This document shows positions 11,614 through 24,500 of a stretch of DNA of 64,000 nt, in pieces (position 1 is the stretch's first letter; each line of letters starts with the position of its first letter). Position numbers and translations under genes: made by a program. The notes under the pieces are model-generated. The model was not told the origin of the DNA, did no database searches, and worked only from the letters and a program-made list of their open reading frames with translations. This DNA is from Calcarisporiella thermophila CBS 279.70 (taxonomy: Eukaryota > Fungi > Calcarisporiellomycota): positions 276,454 to 340,453 of the forward strand of contig NW_027192207.1 of NCBI RefSeq assembly GCF_041956535.1, read 5' to 3'.

Positions 11614-14600
11614 TTAGTAGCAATCCAGCCAATTGTCATCCTCTCCTTCGGACTCCTCACCCTGCATATCCATCATTAGAGCCATCATAGATGCTAGTTC
11701 GGTATCTTCCTTGTTTTCTTCCACCGTCACATGAGGATGGTCGATGTCGTCCACCGCCTCCTGGTATAGATGCTCTACCAGAGTCGATTTCTCGAGCCGA
11801 TTCCAATCCACCTCCCTTATCCGGATTCGAAAACTTTGATGGTGCATATCTAGCCATTCGAATGCAGAATCGGCGGGACGTTTCAAGGGGATAGATTGAG
11901 CTGAGCTTTCAGAACACGTAATATTTGACAATAGAGTATCTAGTGAAGGAAGGATATTTTGTAGAGCATGGAGAACTTCGAGCCTCACCATTCTCGCATA
12001 GTCATCCACCTAATTCGCAAAAATATTAGCAAGGGGTGCTAGTCTAACGTAAAGGATCTTCGTGCATTATTACCGCAAATAGGATGAGCTCATCGCACCT
12101 TAGCCTGTAAAACCAAGTTGCAGCCGAGTGCAGTGTTATTTCCTCTCTGTTATTTTCACCGGTTTCGAACCCACTTGTACCGGTTAGGTCAGACTTTGAC
12201 CGCTTTGAATTTTGTCGGTACATTTGTTCTGCATTCAAGCTATAATCCCAAATTGCTCGCAAAAGCTGTGATACGCGCTGCCGAACCTCCCAATCTTGGT
12301 CATCCATTAATTTTCTGAGCAAAGTTTGGCTATATTAGAAGAGCTTAGGTTATTTCTACAATAGCGTATCCATCCTTCCCAGAGGTAAAGCATACTTTAA
12401 AAACTTTTCTTCGTCTTCGAATATCCACTCGACGGTATTCCCCAAGCCTCGGGCAATCATAGAGCTTGCCCATTCTACAGCAGCCCGACGAACGAACGCC
12501 TCTGGGTCGCGTAGACCTTCAACCATTTTATCCCGAAGAGGTTGGGCTGCCAAGTATTCTGGGGCAAGCGGATTTTTGGAAATAATCTGTTTAATATAAA
12601 TTGAGTACTAACTTCATAGAGACTCGAATAATTGCAACACTAACGCATATGGCTTTGATGGCGGACGCTCGTACATACACTCCTGCATCAGTAAGCGCGT
12701 TTACCGTTGCGTCTACTAAGTGAGCATTTAAGGCAAATCGCACTGCGTCATGGCATTCAGACTATTCCATTAGAAATACGAGGGCAATATAAATGGGATG
12801 ATAATAAATACTAACTGTATCCATAGAATGTTACCTCAAAGAGTCTCTCAACAAAACCTACAATAGAGTCCCGTATATCCCACTGGGGATTTTGAAAGCG
12901 CATTTGGAGAGCTATCTCGAAGTCTTTGACCTAATTTTCAATACAAGTTCAGGCCTTACGCCTAGGAATTACGTGCAAAGAATACTAATGATTACCTGTT
13001 CGCAGAATATTTTTGAGAGATTTTCCTGTAACAAAAAATCGCCTAGCACTTCCAATATCAATGTGATGCCCGCGCATTCGATAGATTTATTTTGGAGCAA
13101 CTGTAAAATGAGAGGTACTACCTGAAATATCTGGCTGTTATTAACTTACTTCTGCAGTGAAAGAAAATTGATATTTACCAGTCGAACTTTAATACCCACT
13201 TGTTCGTTGTACACACTTTGGAAGCCAAGATTGAGAAGCCGAATTGCAGGTCGTAAGATGTTCATATCAGATCCTAGTGACTTCTCTTGAAGTACCACGG
13301 ATACCAAATGATGTAAAATTTCGCCTTGTCTATTAGTTACCTAAGAATAACATATTAGTATAGCTAAGCGTAAAGCAAAAAAAAACTTACATATATTAAT
13401 TTTGGAGATTTAAAGGAGACGGTAAGAAATGTTTTTAGAATGGCAGATATAAGCGATTTCTTTTTCAACAAAGGGTAATTGAAATCAGGTGAAAGATGCA
13501 ATACCTAAATAAAAAGTGTGACCAGGGAGATGAACACGTTAGTATCCTTATCCATTGAAATTATACATTCTAACCCCATACATGGCATTTATACAAGCAA
13601 TTGTATAGCTTTTCTCTAATAATTGTACTGGGTATGTCTGAGAGAATAGATTCCATGGTCTGATATCTTGTGTCCTGTATACATGTTCGCAACAGATAGA
13701 GAGACGCAGACATTACTCCGATATTTATATCGTATCCATACTTTGGCGTACGATCAGACAGATGTAGTAGTGATTCGAGAACTCGGACGGCCATTACGGT
13801 GGAATCGAAATCGGCATTTAAGAAGAGCTTACTTATTAGATGATCCAGAGAATAGCAAAAAGCTAGAATATAAAATGGGGTTAACCATTGTACTAGTGGT
13901 TAAATTAAGTATAATTTACCTTCAAGAAATTTCTCCTCTTCCTCTCCATCAAAATCCAAATCATTTTTGTTAGCAATGATGAGCAAAGGATTGGGAGCAT
14001 GCTCCAATATACTAGTGAAGATCTCCAGGGTGCGATTCCTCAAGATCTTATCGGGCTCTAGAAAGTGCTCGTTAAGACTAGCAAGCTACAGGATAGTAAA
14101 CACTATTATTTTAGCTGAGCTTAACATCTTATATTGCATATTTACCAAATGACTTTGATGCAAAAACTCATAAGACCCAGGGGTACGGGAATCCACCAGT
14201 TCCCAGAAAAAATTGAGAGCTGATAACCAGTGCTGATGAGATTGGAGGTTGGCATTCTCGGGCATGATGACTTCTTTTATTTGATGAATAATATCAGCGG
14301 TCCTATTTAATGGCTCTATCCCTGAGTGACTATAGTCCCATTCTCCATGCTTGACCATTGCGACAAGGAGTTTACAGGTTGCCGAGACAACCTTTCAATA
14401 GGAAGAGTTAGTGATATTCTTCGAGTGTCTTAAGGGGATTAAATCCTACTCACATAGGTGCTCTCATCTTCAAAACCTCGCTTGCAAACCGCAGAAAACT
14501 CTTTCGATGTCAAAAGCCTGTAGGTCAGGGTAATATTTAATTATTTGAAAAAAAAAGGAAAGTACAATGGATACGAAAATTTCATACCAATTAAAACCTA

Positions 14601-15054
14601 TCTTGCTACTTGCAATTCCTTCAAGTGCGTCAACACATGAGAAGCGAAGCAGTGCCTCTTTAAAGTGCAGACCCGACAGGATGTAATCAAGAATATCGTG
14701 GTGAACATTAAGGAGCGCATGCAAGAGTTCTTCGTCTTGGCCATCAGTGGACACTAAACGACCCAAGAGCCGAATAGCCACTGAGGATATCCGATAATCC
14801 TGATCCCTATGAATACATTCCTAGCGATATTATAAGAATAATAAGGCCAAGTGTCAATCCAACCATTTGCATACCCTCAATATGCTTAAACCGTCCCATG
14901 CCAAAAACTGGTGCTGAAGAGTTCCTGTCGAGAACTGATTAACAAAACTTAATAAATACGACAACACTTTTTCATGGATTGTGTCGTCCGTAATGCGGTG
15001 GGACATCTGAGGGAGAACCCGCAAGACCTCATGGAACTGCGAATACTCGCTCAT
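11614..15054 (-). CDS. BRAT1: BRAT1-like HEAT/ARM-repeat protein, multi-exon
   Basis: HEAT repeats (QWDIRDS, DAGVYVRASA, DPEAFVRRAA, DQDWEVRQ), acidic tail ending EDDNWLDCY*; about 12 exons, all GT-AG. Confidence 0.7.
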
Positions 15055-15270
15055 TATTACTTGGAATTCACGCGTTGGAACAATCTACACGATCGGTATG
15101 CAAGAAATAAAAGTCACAAAAATGGATTCGTGACGTAAACATTTTTGTGACGCCCTGAAACTTTAATACAAATATAACCCATGTGTTTTGCTGTTTACAT
15201 TTATCTCTTCTTTTAACGAATTCTTTAATTTCACCCTCCCCACTCTTCAATTACACATTCAATATCAAAA

Positions 15271-15888
15271 ATGGCCGGTGACGCTGGTATGATTTCTACT
15301 CCTACCCCACTCTTCTACTCCACTTTCCTCTCGTTTATAGCAGGCTCTTATTAACTGTGCTGTTCTTTTTTTACGATAGCTATCGGAGCTAAGCTCTTCA
15401 AGACCCGTTGCGCTCAATGTAAGTTGACACTTTCCATCCATGCTTAACCTAACCTGCTGCTAACGGCAACTTGTCGTCCTACCCTTAGGCCACACCGTTG
15501 AGAAGGGTGGTGCCCACAAGGTCGGACCCAACCTTCACGGTATCTTCGGTCGTCAGTCCGGACAAGCTGAGGGCTACAGCTACACTGATGCCAACAAGAA
15601 CGCCGCTGTTCAGTGGAATGAGGACACTTTGATGGAATACCTCATCAACCCCAAGAAGTACATTCCAGGCACCAAGATGGGTATGTGCTTACATTTTCTC
15701 GTATCCTCGAATTTATTGGAGCTAACCCCTCGCTCTTGACTTATTTAGCTTTCGCTGGTTTCAAGAAGGAGGCCGATCGCGCCAATGTTGTAGCTTACCT
15801 CAAAGAGGTACAGTCTTTCATGGATTTTATCTATTGCATTCTCAAGCTAACCTGGTCTTTTTTTCTCTCCACCTAGGCCACTGCCTAA
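15271..15888 (+). CDS. CYC1: Cytochrome c (5 exons)
   Basis: Spliced product [36 protein letters not shown]...[18 protein letters not shown]...ATA*; CxxCH heme motif split by an intron. Confidence 0.97.
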
Positions 15889-16640
15889 ATTTCTATGAAG
15901 AAACCTCTTCATTGTACAATGAAATAGAATATCACATCAATATACTACTTAATTTTTTCTCAAAATACACAATCCCTAGAGATCTAAATGATATTAGAAC
16001 ATCTGTGAAAACTTAGCCGTAATTTTCCGAAGAACACATTAATAAATAGATGAGCCAATGAGATGTATGCTGCACTAGAATATATGTTTGGGATTAAGTC
16101 CTCCGGCTGGCGGACTTTGAAAGCTGTACCACACATAAGCTCCCCTTGTGTTTGAAGTGTTTTTGAAGGGAAACAACTGAGTTGTGCAAGCGGCTTACCA
16201 TCCGCGCATTAAGATTTCGGGAGGCTTGTGCATTGTGGAATCAGAGACGGCGATTCCCAGGCGCCCACGTAGCCCCCACCGCCAACTAGGGCAAGAGGAG
16301 ACAGAAGGTTTGCATAGGCCAAGCGCATCTGGCGATGCTGCTCAAGGGCTTATTGCTGAAGAGAAGCAACACGACTAACGCTTCAAAAAGATTTATTTAC
16401 CACCCCGCCAACGCGGGATCCACGCCGTCCTCACATTATAGAAGGGTATTAATATACGGGCCACGCCTTGGAAACATAGAAATATTCACATTATTACAGA
16501 TTGTACTTTATACACTACACAGGAGGGGGAGGGGGAATTATACAGAAATAAATAACAATGCATACAAGATAGAAACTAGCTAGCCGCTGAACACTAAATG
16601 AACACTATCCCGCATGGCGATGCTTATCGATCAAATTAGC

Positions 16641-18617
16641 TCATATCGATAAAGTCATGAAGCTGGCCATGTTCGCATTGAGCTCCTTCGTGGTGAGGGC
16701 CGGGCGGCCGGTGGTGTGGCGGCGAGAGGTTGGATTTACCAAGATCGGGGGAAACGTAGTCACCGGCGCCGATGCAGTGCGCTCTGAGACTATGGGTGCC
16801 GAGAGCTTTCGCTTTCCAATGGTTTTGCTGATCACCGACGACACGGTCGAGGATGCAACAGAAAACGTGGACGACGACGAAAGCCTCCGGTCTGCCTGAT
16901 TCAGAGCCTGGATGGTTTCAGTGATCCTTAGCAGCCACTCACGCCGTTCGTCCTCACTGTTCGCGCGAACTAGAAGCGGTTTATCGGCATTTGCTGCGCG
17001 AATTTGGAGGCAGTTTGGGTGGCGAAGCTCGACCGTTGCATGCAGCAGATCGATCTGGGCCTAGAGAGTCAATGGATCAGTGAGCGAGAATGCGGATATA
17101 TACGTCCGAATGAAGACAGCACTCACCTTGAATGTGTACGAGTTCTTGTTTCGGAATTTGGCCTCGATGAGCTTGTCGTTGAACAGGAAAAACGCTCTAG
17201 GCTCCACTAGCACGGTGTTGTTCACCCCGATTTTGTTCATGTTCCCCTGCAGGATGAGGCGCCTATGCGGGGCAACTAGGGGTTGCGGGAGGTTGGCTAT
17301 TGACTTCTGAAGCTCCAGTACATGCCGCTGGTTCTCAGCGTCCCGAATTCTGTGAGTAGAGTCATTAATTTAAACCATATTTTTAGAAACTTCTTTATTA
17401 ATGAATCCATACTTCTCATTAAGCTCCTCGGCAATCTGGGCCACCAAACTTGCGCAACTGCTCAGGTTGATAAAGTCTGGGTGGAGCGGATTGGTGAATT
17501 TGAGAAGGGCTTCAAGGAGGAGCTTGTAGCGCGGGATGCGCTGGATCGGCAGAATGAGATAAGACTCCAGGTTCATGTTTTCGAGCAGAGGGTTCTCATG
17601 GCATGCCTGTTTCATGACGATGGAAACTTAGCTTCCAATCCATTCTATATGCAAATAAGTAGAGAGCTTACATCTAAGAATTTTTTGAATTGCGAGTTTG
17701 GCTTCGTAAGTCTCTCAAGGGTAACGACAGCTTGTGGGAAACTAAAATAGAAGAGGTACTGATTAGCTGTTGCCTGGAATGTCGAGGAGGAATAAGTGAG
17801 AGTACTTTTTCAAATACGGAATGTACATTCGGAAAAACGGAATCTATCGCAGAAAAAATGGACCATCTTCATTAGAAAAGCATAGGCGGAGCGAGAAAAC
17901 CCAATCCTTTAACTCACTGTTTTCAAAAGCAAGTCTCCTAGGATCTGCGCGGGACACCAAATACGCTGCCGTTCATTCAAGTCCTCAAGGAATTGTTCAT
18001 GGAGCTGTAGAATTTGGTCAAAATTGGAGAAGATAGCTTGGAAGTCGTCGAGCGTTAGCACGCCTTTAGACTGCCCGAAAAAAGGGGTTGGGGACGGGTT
18101 GGAGAGTTTCTCGAGAAGCGGTTGGTAAAATATGTTACGAAGCTTACGCAGACCCTGCACATAGGCCAGCTCAGAGGAAAATATTTCGCGGACAGCCAGT
18201 TCACGCTTTTGAAAATTGATCTCCTCCTCTTTATAAAGGATAGATAGTATCAAGAACTAAACTTCAGTCTAGCATTGTTCTTTTTGTCTTACCGATGCAT
18301 TGATAGATAGACGATAGGCTATCCTCATCAGAGTAGAGCGTGCAGAGCTCATCAACCAGGGCAAAATGCTCATGGTTCTCTGGAGCATAGGCTTGATGCA
18401 TGCCGAGCTTGCTTGAGTTCTTAAGAAAGGGAGCATTTGGCAGCGGTGTAGAAGATATGGGTGAATCGACTTCATCGTAATATGGTGTGGTGGATGGATA
18501 GAGAGGCAAGTTATGATAGGGATGTGCCAAATAGGAGGAAGAAGAAGACGAGCGAAGCCTCGAGCGAAGCGAAAACGTTGGGGATATACTACGTGTCTCT
18601 AGAATGCTTTCGGCCAT
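16641..18617 (-). CDS. Rho guanine nucleotide exchange factor (DH-PH), multi-exon
   Basis: RELAVREIFSSELAYVQGL, LESYLILPIQRIPRYKLLL (DH); AFFLFNDKL...EDERREWL (PH). Confidence 0.9.
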
Positions 18618-19219
18618 GGTTTCTTCTCTGATTGCAAAACCGTACAAAGTCTTTTAGACAAGTTGGAGGGGATGGAGATTTGGAATGTAGACGCACTTAT
18701 TAATTTCCAAGTGGAAGGAATAAGTGGGCACAATTTTGAGAACAAAGGAGAAAGAGGGAAGAGCAAAGGGTTTGTAGTGGATTCAGGGAAAGAAAGCAAA
18801 GGAAAAAAGGTGAGAGAGAACACGTCGATCATCCTTTTTAAGATTTTTTGCTTTGGCGGAGGAACCGAGGGAAATGGAAAGGGAAACATGAGAGAATTTC
18901 ATATTCTCCTACACAAAGGTTCATTTAAGATTCATATCATTATGTGAGTTTAAACTTCAGATTATTAGGTGAGCAATAATTTTGTGGGTGAATATTAGAT
19001 AAATAGGCGTGATGATAGGCAAAACAAGGTTGCGGCAAAGGGTGAGTGGATGCAATGGCTATTCCAGGCTCCTATTTTACGTGATCTTCAATCCTTTTAG
19101 ATTAAACGTTTTCCATTACGTCTGCGCATAGACACTTGCTCCTTCTTGATGTGCTGTCAAAAATGACTTAGCGGTGGGAGTGCTGAAGTCGCCCCCCCTC
19201 CCCCCTCTTTAGACTCGCT

Positions 19220-19373
19220 ATCACGAGGCCAGACCTCGCTCTACAAAATTTGGACCCCTCGAAGCAGCTAGAGACCGTTTAGGTCTAGGCCGCTAGGGTC
19301 ATTGTGCAATCCTATGACTCCTCCTCTAGCCGACAGCGCTTCGCTGATGCGGACTAGAGAGGTAGGAAAGTGT
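19220..19373 (-). ncRNA. Divergent U1-like snRNA with an altered 5'-splice-site-pairing end
   Basis: 5' ACACUUUCCU; helix H ACCU/GGGU; SL1 with AUCAGCGAAG; SL2 loop AUUGCAC; SL3 AGACC-UAAAC-GGUCU; Sm site AAAUUUUG (19251-19244); SL4 GCGAGG/CCUCGU; about 154 nt. Confidence 0.8.
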
Positions 19374-21529
19374 CTTTTCTCTCTTTTGGTATACACTATT
19401 AATTGCTCATCTGTATTACTTTATTTTTTACAGTGCACAATTTGATTTATTAATAATTTATCCGGGATTGGGTGTGTATTGATCAAAAAAATTCAGGAAA
19501 TCCAGGAATCAAAAGGATACAGATTGATTAAATTAATCTGAAAGTTACTGGCAGCCTCTCAAGCGTAAATTATAGGGTCAAAATTAACGGAGAATTTCTA
19601 AAAGCTTATACGCAGGCATCATGGCTGATAATTAGGCATGCGCATATACCAACTTCATGCAATACCTCATTGGATCATCCCAGATCGATTGTAGGATATA
19701 TTAGATACTGTATTCAGCTGGGAGTTTGAATTGCACTAAAGAAGAATAATATCAAAAAGTTCATCAAGATGCATCTATTTTTCTAAAAAGAGTGCTCTCG
19801 GAATTGGTATATATGGTAAAAATAAGAACTGGGTCATAGACAATGAAAATAAAATGATCGAGTATCATTCTCGACCATGCTTGTACTGTCAGAGAACTTT
19901 TCACACATTTCTCAAAGTCGTTTGCTATTTGTGCCATGGCTATTAGTATTCGTTCTCCTCTTACAATTTCCAATATAACTCATTGCTTAGACCCCCATGA
20001 ATTGGTCTATAGGACTGCTGCCAATTTCATCTAGATATCCTTTCCATCTCGAACACTTTGATTTAGTCTCCAGCCGCTCAGTCACCATAGTTGTGTATCA
20101 TGGTTGACAGACTGCAAGACTACGCGTATCAAGTGGTGGGCGCGAGACATACCAGCCAAGATGATCAGAAAATGGGGAAACTGAATGGCATCATATCTGC
20201 GAGCATTTAAGACATGGTATACTGTATAATCGGTCTCGCCTAAATGACTCGCTGATATAACTGACAATAGGCAACTTTATGTGTTGTTGTGCGTCAATAT
20301 AACCTCCTGCTTGATGTCCAAGGGGAATATTAGTTCAGGCCGCCACGACTGCACATTGACATCATCCATGGAACTGCTCTATAATGATGACCTTGCCGGT
20401 CGAGGAAAATCAGCTCAACGAATGGTGCTGAGCATATATCCGTGTGCTGTTTACTTATCTATGGAGGGTTCAATAAACCATATGTTTTTTTTTGATGGGC
20501 ACCACAAACGCAGTAAGTGGGTGCTGCTATACCAATGAAGTCCTCTCCAACTAGGACTTTCTTGGTGGTTCGAGCGATCCTACTGCTCCTTCCCACACGA
20601 GTTTAATCGAGAGCATGGGTCATATAGTCGGCAGCGGCTACCGGTGGCAAGAAAATGGATATTTAACCACACTCGACAGAGTGATGTGGTAGTTGCGGTA
20701 TCCCATAACTCAGCAAGTTAACTGCACCCAACGGCATCTTCGCTCATTCGCACAAGCCAGCCCTGCAGTCTTAATTCCGTACTTTAACCTGTATTTCTCT
20801 CGGATTGGTGTCGTGAACTTTCGGCTACTCATTTACTCACAAAAGAACTGGAAACTACAATTGTCTCCCCTATGTCTCAACCTCGTGTCAAAGTTTGTAG
20901 GGACATTAAATGTGTGGAGCGCAAATGGATGGCCCGTGGTCTGTTAGCTCAGGTTGGTTATTCCAATTTCAGTCTGGTCAAGTTCATTTTAGAGAGTGAT
21001 TTTGTATGGGCAGCCGACATTACTGCTATTGCAGTGCTGAGATCCGTAGCAAATGCAGTAACTAGATCGCCAGCCTTCTCAACAAAATTATTCTTTGGAA
21101 AGACTGAGACATTCCGAATATTCTATATACTAGTTTAATGAATATTGCGGAATAGCTAACATTGCAGCTAAATTGAGAGTGACTTATTTCTTTGGTATAA
21201 AGGACGTTTGAATTCTCATCATTGGTAGTTAATTTTGGATGATGCCGGAACGGTTATCTCATTGATATCACAAATATCAGATATCTAACTGATTTCAAGT
21301 AAGGAAAATAAAGTTTTTGATCCGGTTTCTATTTGCAGCCGAATCGAACTTCGTTTTGAAAAACATTGCCCATTGTCTGAGCTTTGTTGCGTTTCTAAAC
21401 TTCGAGAACATCTTTTTCATTAGATTCATCCATCTTTCATCAACATCCGTTTAACCTTATTTTTCGTTTTCTTTTATTTAATTCTGTGTGTGAAGGGGTA
21501 AGAAATACTCGGTAAGGCGGGATCTAATT

Positions 21530-24500
21530 ATGAACGGTTTTTCGCCGCTGGAAGCCTATTCTAAAGGCACCCGGGTGTGGTTTTCTGATGAGCGCGAGGG
21601 CTGGATTAGCGCACAAGTTACCACAAAATCAGTCACTGGAGATCGGCTACGACTCGAGTTCATTGACGAAAATGGAAAGGTGGATTGAAAGAAAAAAATT
21701 CGAATTTCTGGCATGATCTCAATCATCTCATCTGTCTATTCCTAATGCTATAGGAAGTCGTCATTGACACCACATTAGCCAACCTCGAAAAAACACAGTA
21801 CGCTGAGCTTCCTCCACTGCGAAATCCACCCCATCTTGAGACGACAGATGATTTAACCAATCTCAGCTATTTGAACGAGCCAGCAGGTAATGACCGTTAT
21901 TAACATGGAGATGGCGATGTTGTCATCAGGTTTCATTAATGCTCTACATCTTTAGTATTAAATGCTATTCGTACTCGATATGCGCAACGTAATATATATA
22001 CATATTCCGGCATTGTTTTGATTGCGGTCAACCCTTTCCAAAGAGTGAATCTTTACGAATCCGAGATCGTACAAGCTTACTCCGGAAAGAGGCGAGGTGA
22101 GCTCGAGCCGCACTTGTTTGCTATTGCCGAAGATGCATATCGCTGTATGCTTCGAGAGCAGAAGAATCAGACTATCGTCGTTTCTGGCGAGAGGTATAGT
22201 GGATGACGATCTCTTTTGCTTGCAAACTCCCTATTAACCATTCTAAAATGAATAGTGGTGCGGGTAAGACGGTGAGCGCCAAATATATCATGCGTTATTT
22301 CGCCACGGCAGATGACCACGAAAAAACCCTCAAAAGATCTGTTCGAACACTCGATGGTATGTCTGCTGGAACAGGAATGTCTGAGGTCGAAGAGCAGATC
22401 CTAGCAACCAACCCAATCATGGAGGCCTTTGGTAACGCTAAAACAACGCGCAATGATAACAGTTCTCGCTTTGGCAAATACATAGAGGTAGAACGGCTGT
22501 CGGACCTATTTTCATCTTATTGTTCTAATTCAACTCACGTTTATTAGATCCAATTTGATGATGGTGCAAATATCATTGGTGCTAAAATTCGCACCTACCT
22601 TCTTGAACGCTCTCGACTAATTTATCAGCCGGATACCGAGCGAAATTATCATATCTTCTACCAACTCTGCGCAGGCGCACCCACCTCTGAGAAGAAAGCC
22701 TTCGACATCAGGAGCTATGATCAGTTTCACTATCTTCGTCAGGGAGGAGTCGCGACCATTCCCGGTGTCGATGATGCGCAAGAGTTCGAGACAACTCAAA
22801 AGGCCCTCTCGACGGTTGGCATCTCTGTGCAATTACAATGGCAAATCTTTCGCTTGCTTGCTGCTCTTATGCACATCGGCAATATTGAGATCACTGGTCG
22901 CAATGACGCTATGCTTGCAGAGGATCACCCGCACCTCACTATGGCCGCTCAACTCCTAGGGATCAATCAGGCGGAGTTCCGCAAGTGGATCATTCGTAAA
23001 CAGATTACCACTCGGTCAGAGAAGATTGTAAGCAACCTGCAGCCTGCTCAAGCAATAGTGGTGCGAGATTCCGTGGCCAAATATATTTACGCCAATTTGT
23101 TTGAGTGGCTTGTCGGAGTGATCAATGAGAGCCTATCGCATAAAGATGTGTCCAATGTTAACACGTTTATCGGCGTGTTGGATATCTATGGTTTTGAGCA
23201 CTTCAAAAAGAATTCGTTCGAACAATTCTGCATCAACTACGCGAACGAGAAACTACAGCAAGAATTTAATCAGCATGTGTTTAAGTTGGAGCAAGAGGTA
23301 AGCATTAAATATCAAAATACGTCCTATCTATATTTTTAATACGTGCTTATTATGTGACAGGAATATATCCGGGAAAACATTGACTGGACTTTCATCGAGT
23401 TTAGTGACAATCAGCCCTGTATTGAGTTGATCGAGAGCAAGCTCGGTATTTTGTCTCTTCTTGATGAGGTTCGTGTTATTTCTTTTCAGCGCTCATCGCA
23501 ATGCATATTTAAATTCATTCGATATATATCTGCTATAGGAATCACGTCTTCCTTCGGGCTCTGATCAAGGACTTTGTAATAAACTCTTCCAACACTTTGG
23601 CACTCCTCAATACAAGCGCTATTTCCAAAAGCCTCGTTTCGCGAACAATTCTTTCACTATTAGCCATTATGCCCATGATGTCACCTATGATTCCGAAGGC
23701 TTCCTCGAGAAAAATCGTGATACATTGCCCGATGAGCACCTTTCGCTTTTGCAGAACACTGAGTTCGAATTCTTGAAGGAGGTACTCCTCAAGGGTATTG
23801 CTTCACAGCCTGTTGTGGTAAGTTGTCCCCCATAATATTTAAAACCTTTCATTGCACTCATGCAAATATCTATTTTTTCTCCTTAGGAACAAGCCAGCAA
23901 ACGCATGAGTGTTATTGCCAAGAAACCAACTCTTGGCTCAATCTTCAAAGGCTCTCTCATCAGTCTCATGGACACCATCAACTCTACCAATGTGCATTAT
24001 ATTCGCTGCATTAAACCCAATGAAGCAAAGGCACCATGGGCCTTTGAACCCCAAATGGTCCTCTCACAGCTACGAGCATGCGGAGTTCTTGAAACCATTC
24101 GTATCAGTTGCGCAGGTTATCCCTCTCGCTGGACCTTTGAGGAGTTTGCCGATCGATACTACATGCTTGTCCACTCGCAATACTGGACTCAAGATATCCG
24201 TCAGCTCTGTTCTACAATCCTTAATGAAACCATCAAGGATAGCGACCGTTTCCAAATCGGGACCACTAAGATCTTTTTCCGGGCTGGTCAACTTGCTGAG
24301 CTCGAGCGATATCGTACCGACAGGCTACACCTATGTGCCACCGTCATCCAGAAAAATGTTCGTCGCTATCTCTGCCAAACAAAATACCTCCGTATGCGAC
24401 AGGCTGTGGTGCGCCTACAATGTCTTACACGACGGATCATTGCACAAAGGAGAGCCAATACAATGCGGAAAGAACTTGCGGCTATCCGTTTGCAGCGGTT

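Noticed and set aside
19760-21140. Short ORFs between the U1-like gene and MYO2
   Set aside because: No motifs or consistent splice pattern
21297-21312. AGTAAGGAAAATAA resembling the U12 snRNA branch-pairing region
   Set aside because: No upstream CCTTA stem and no U12 3' structure; lies in the MYO2 promoter
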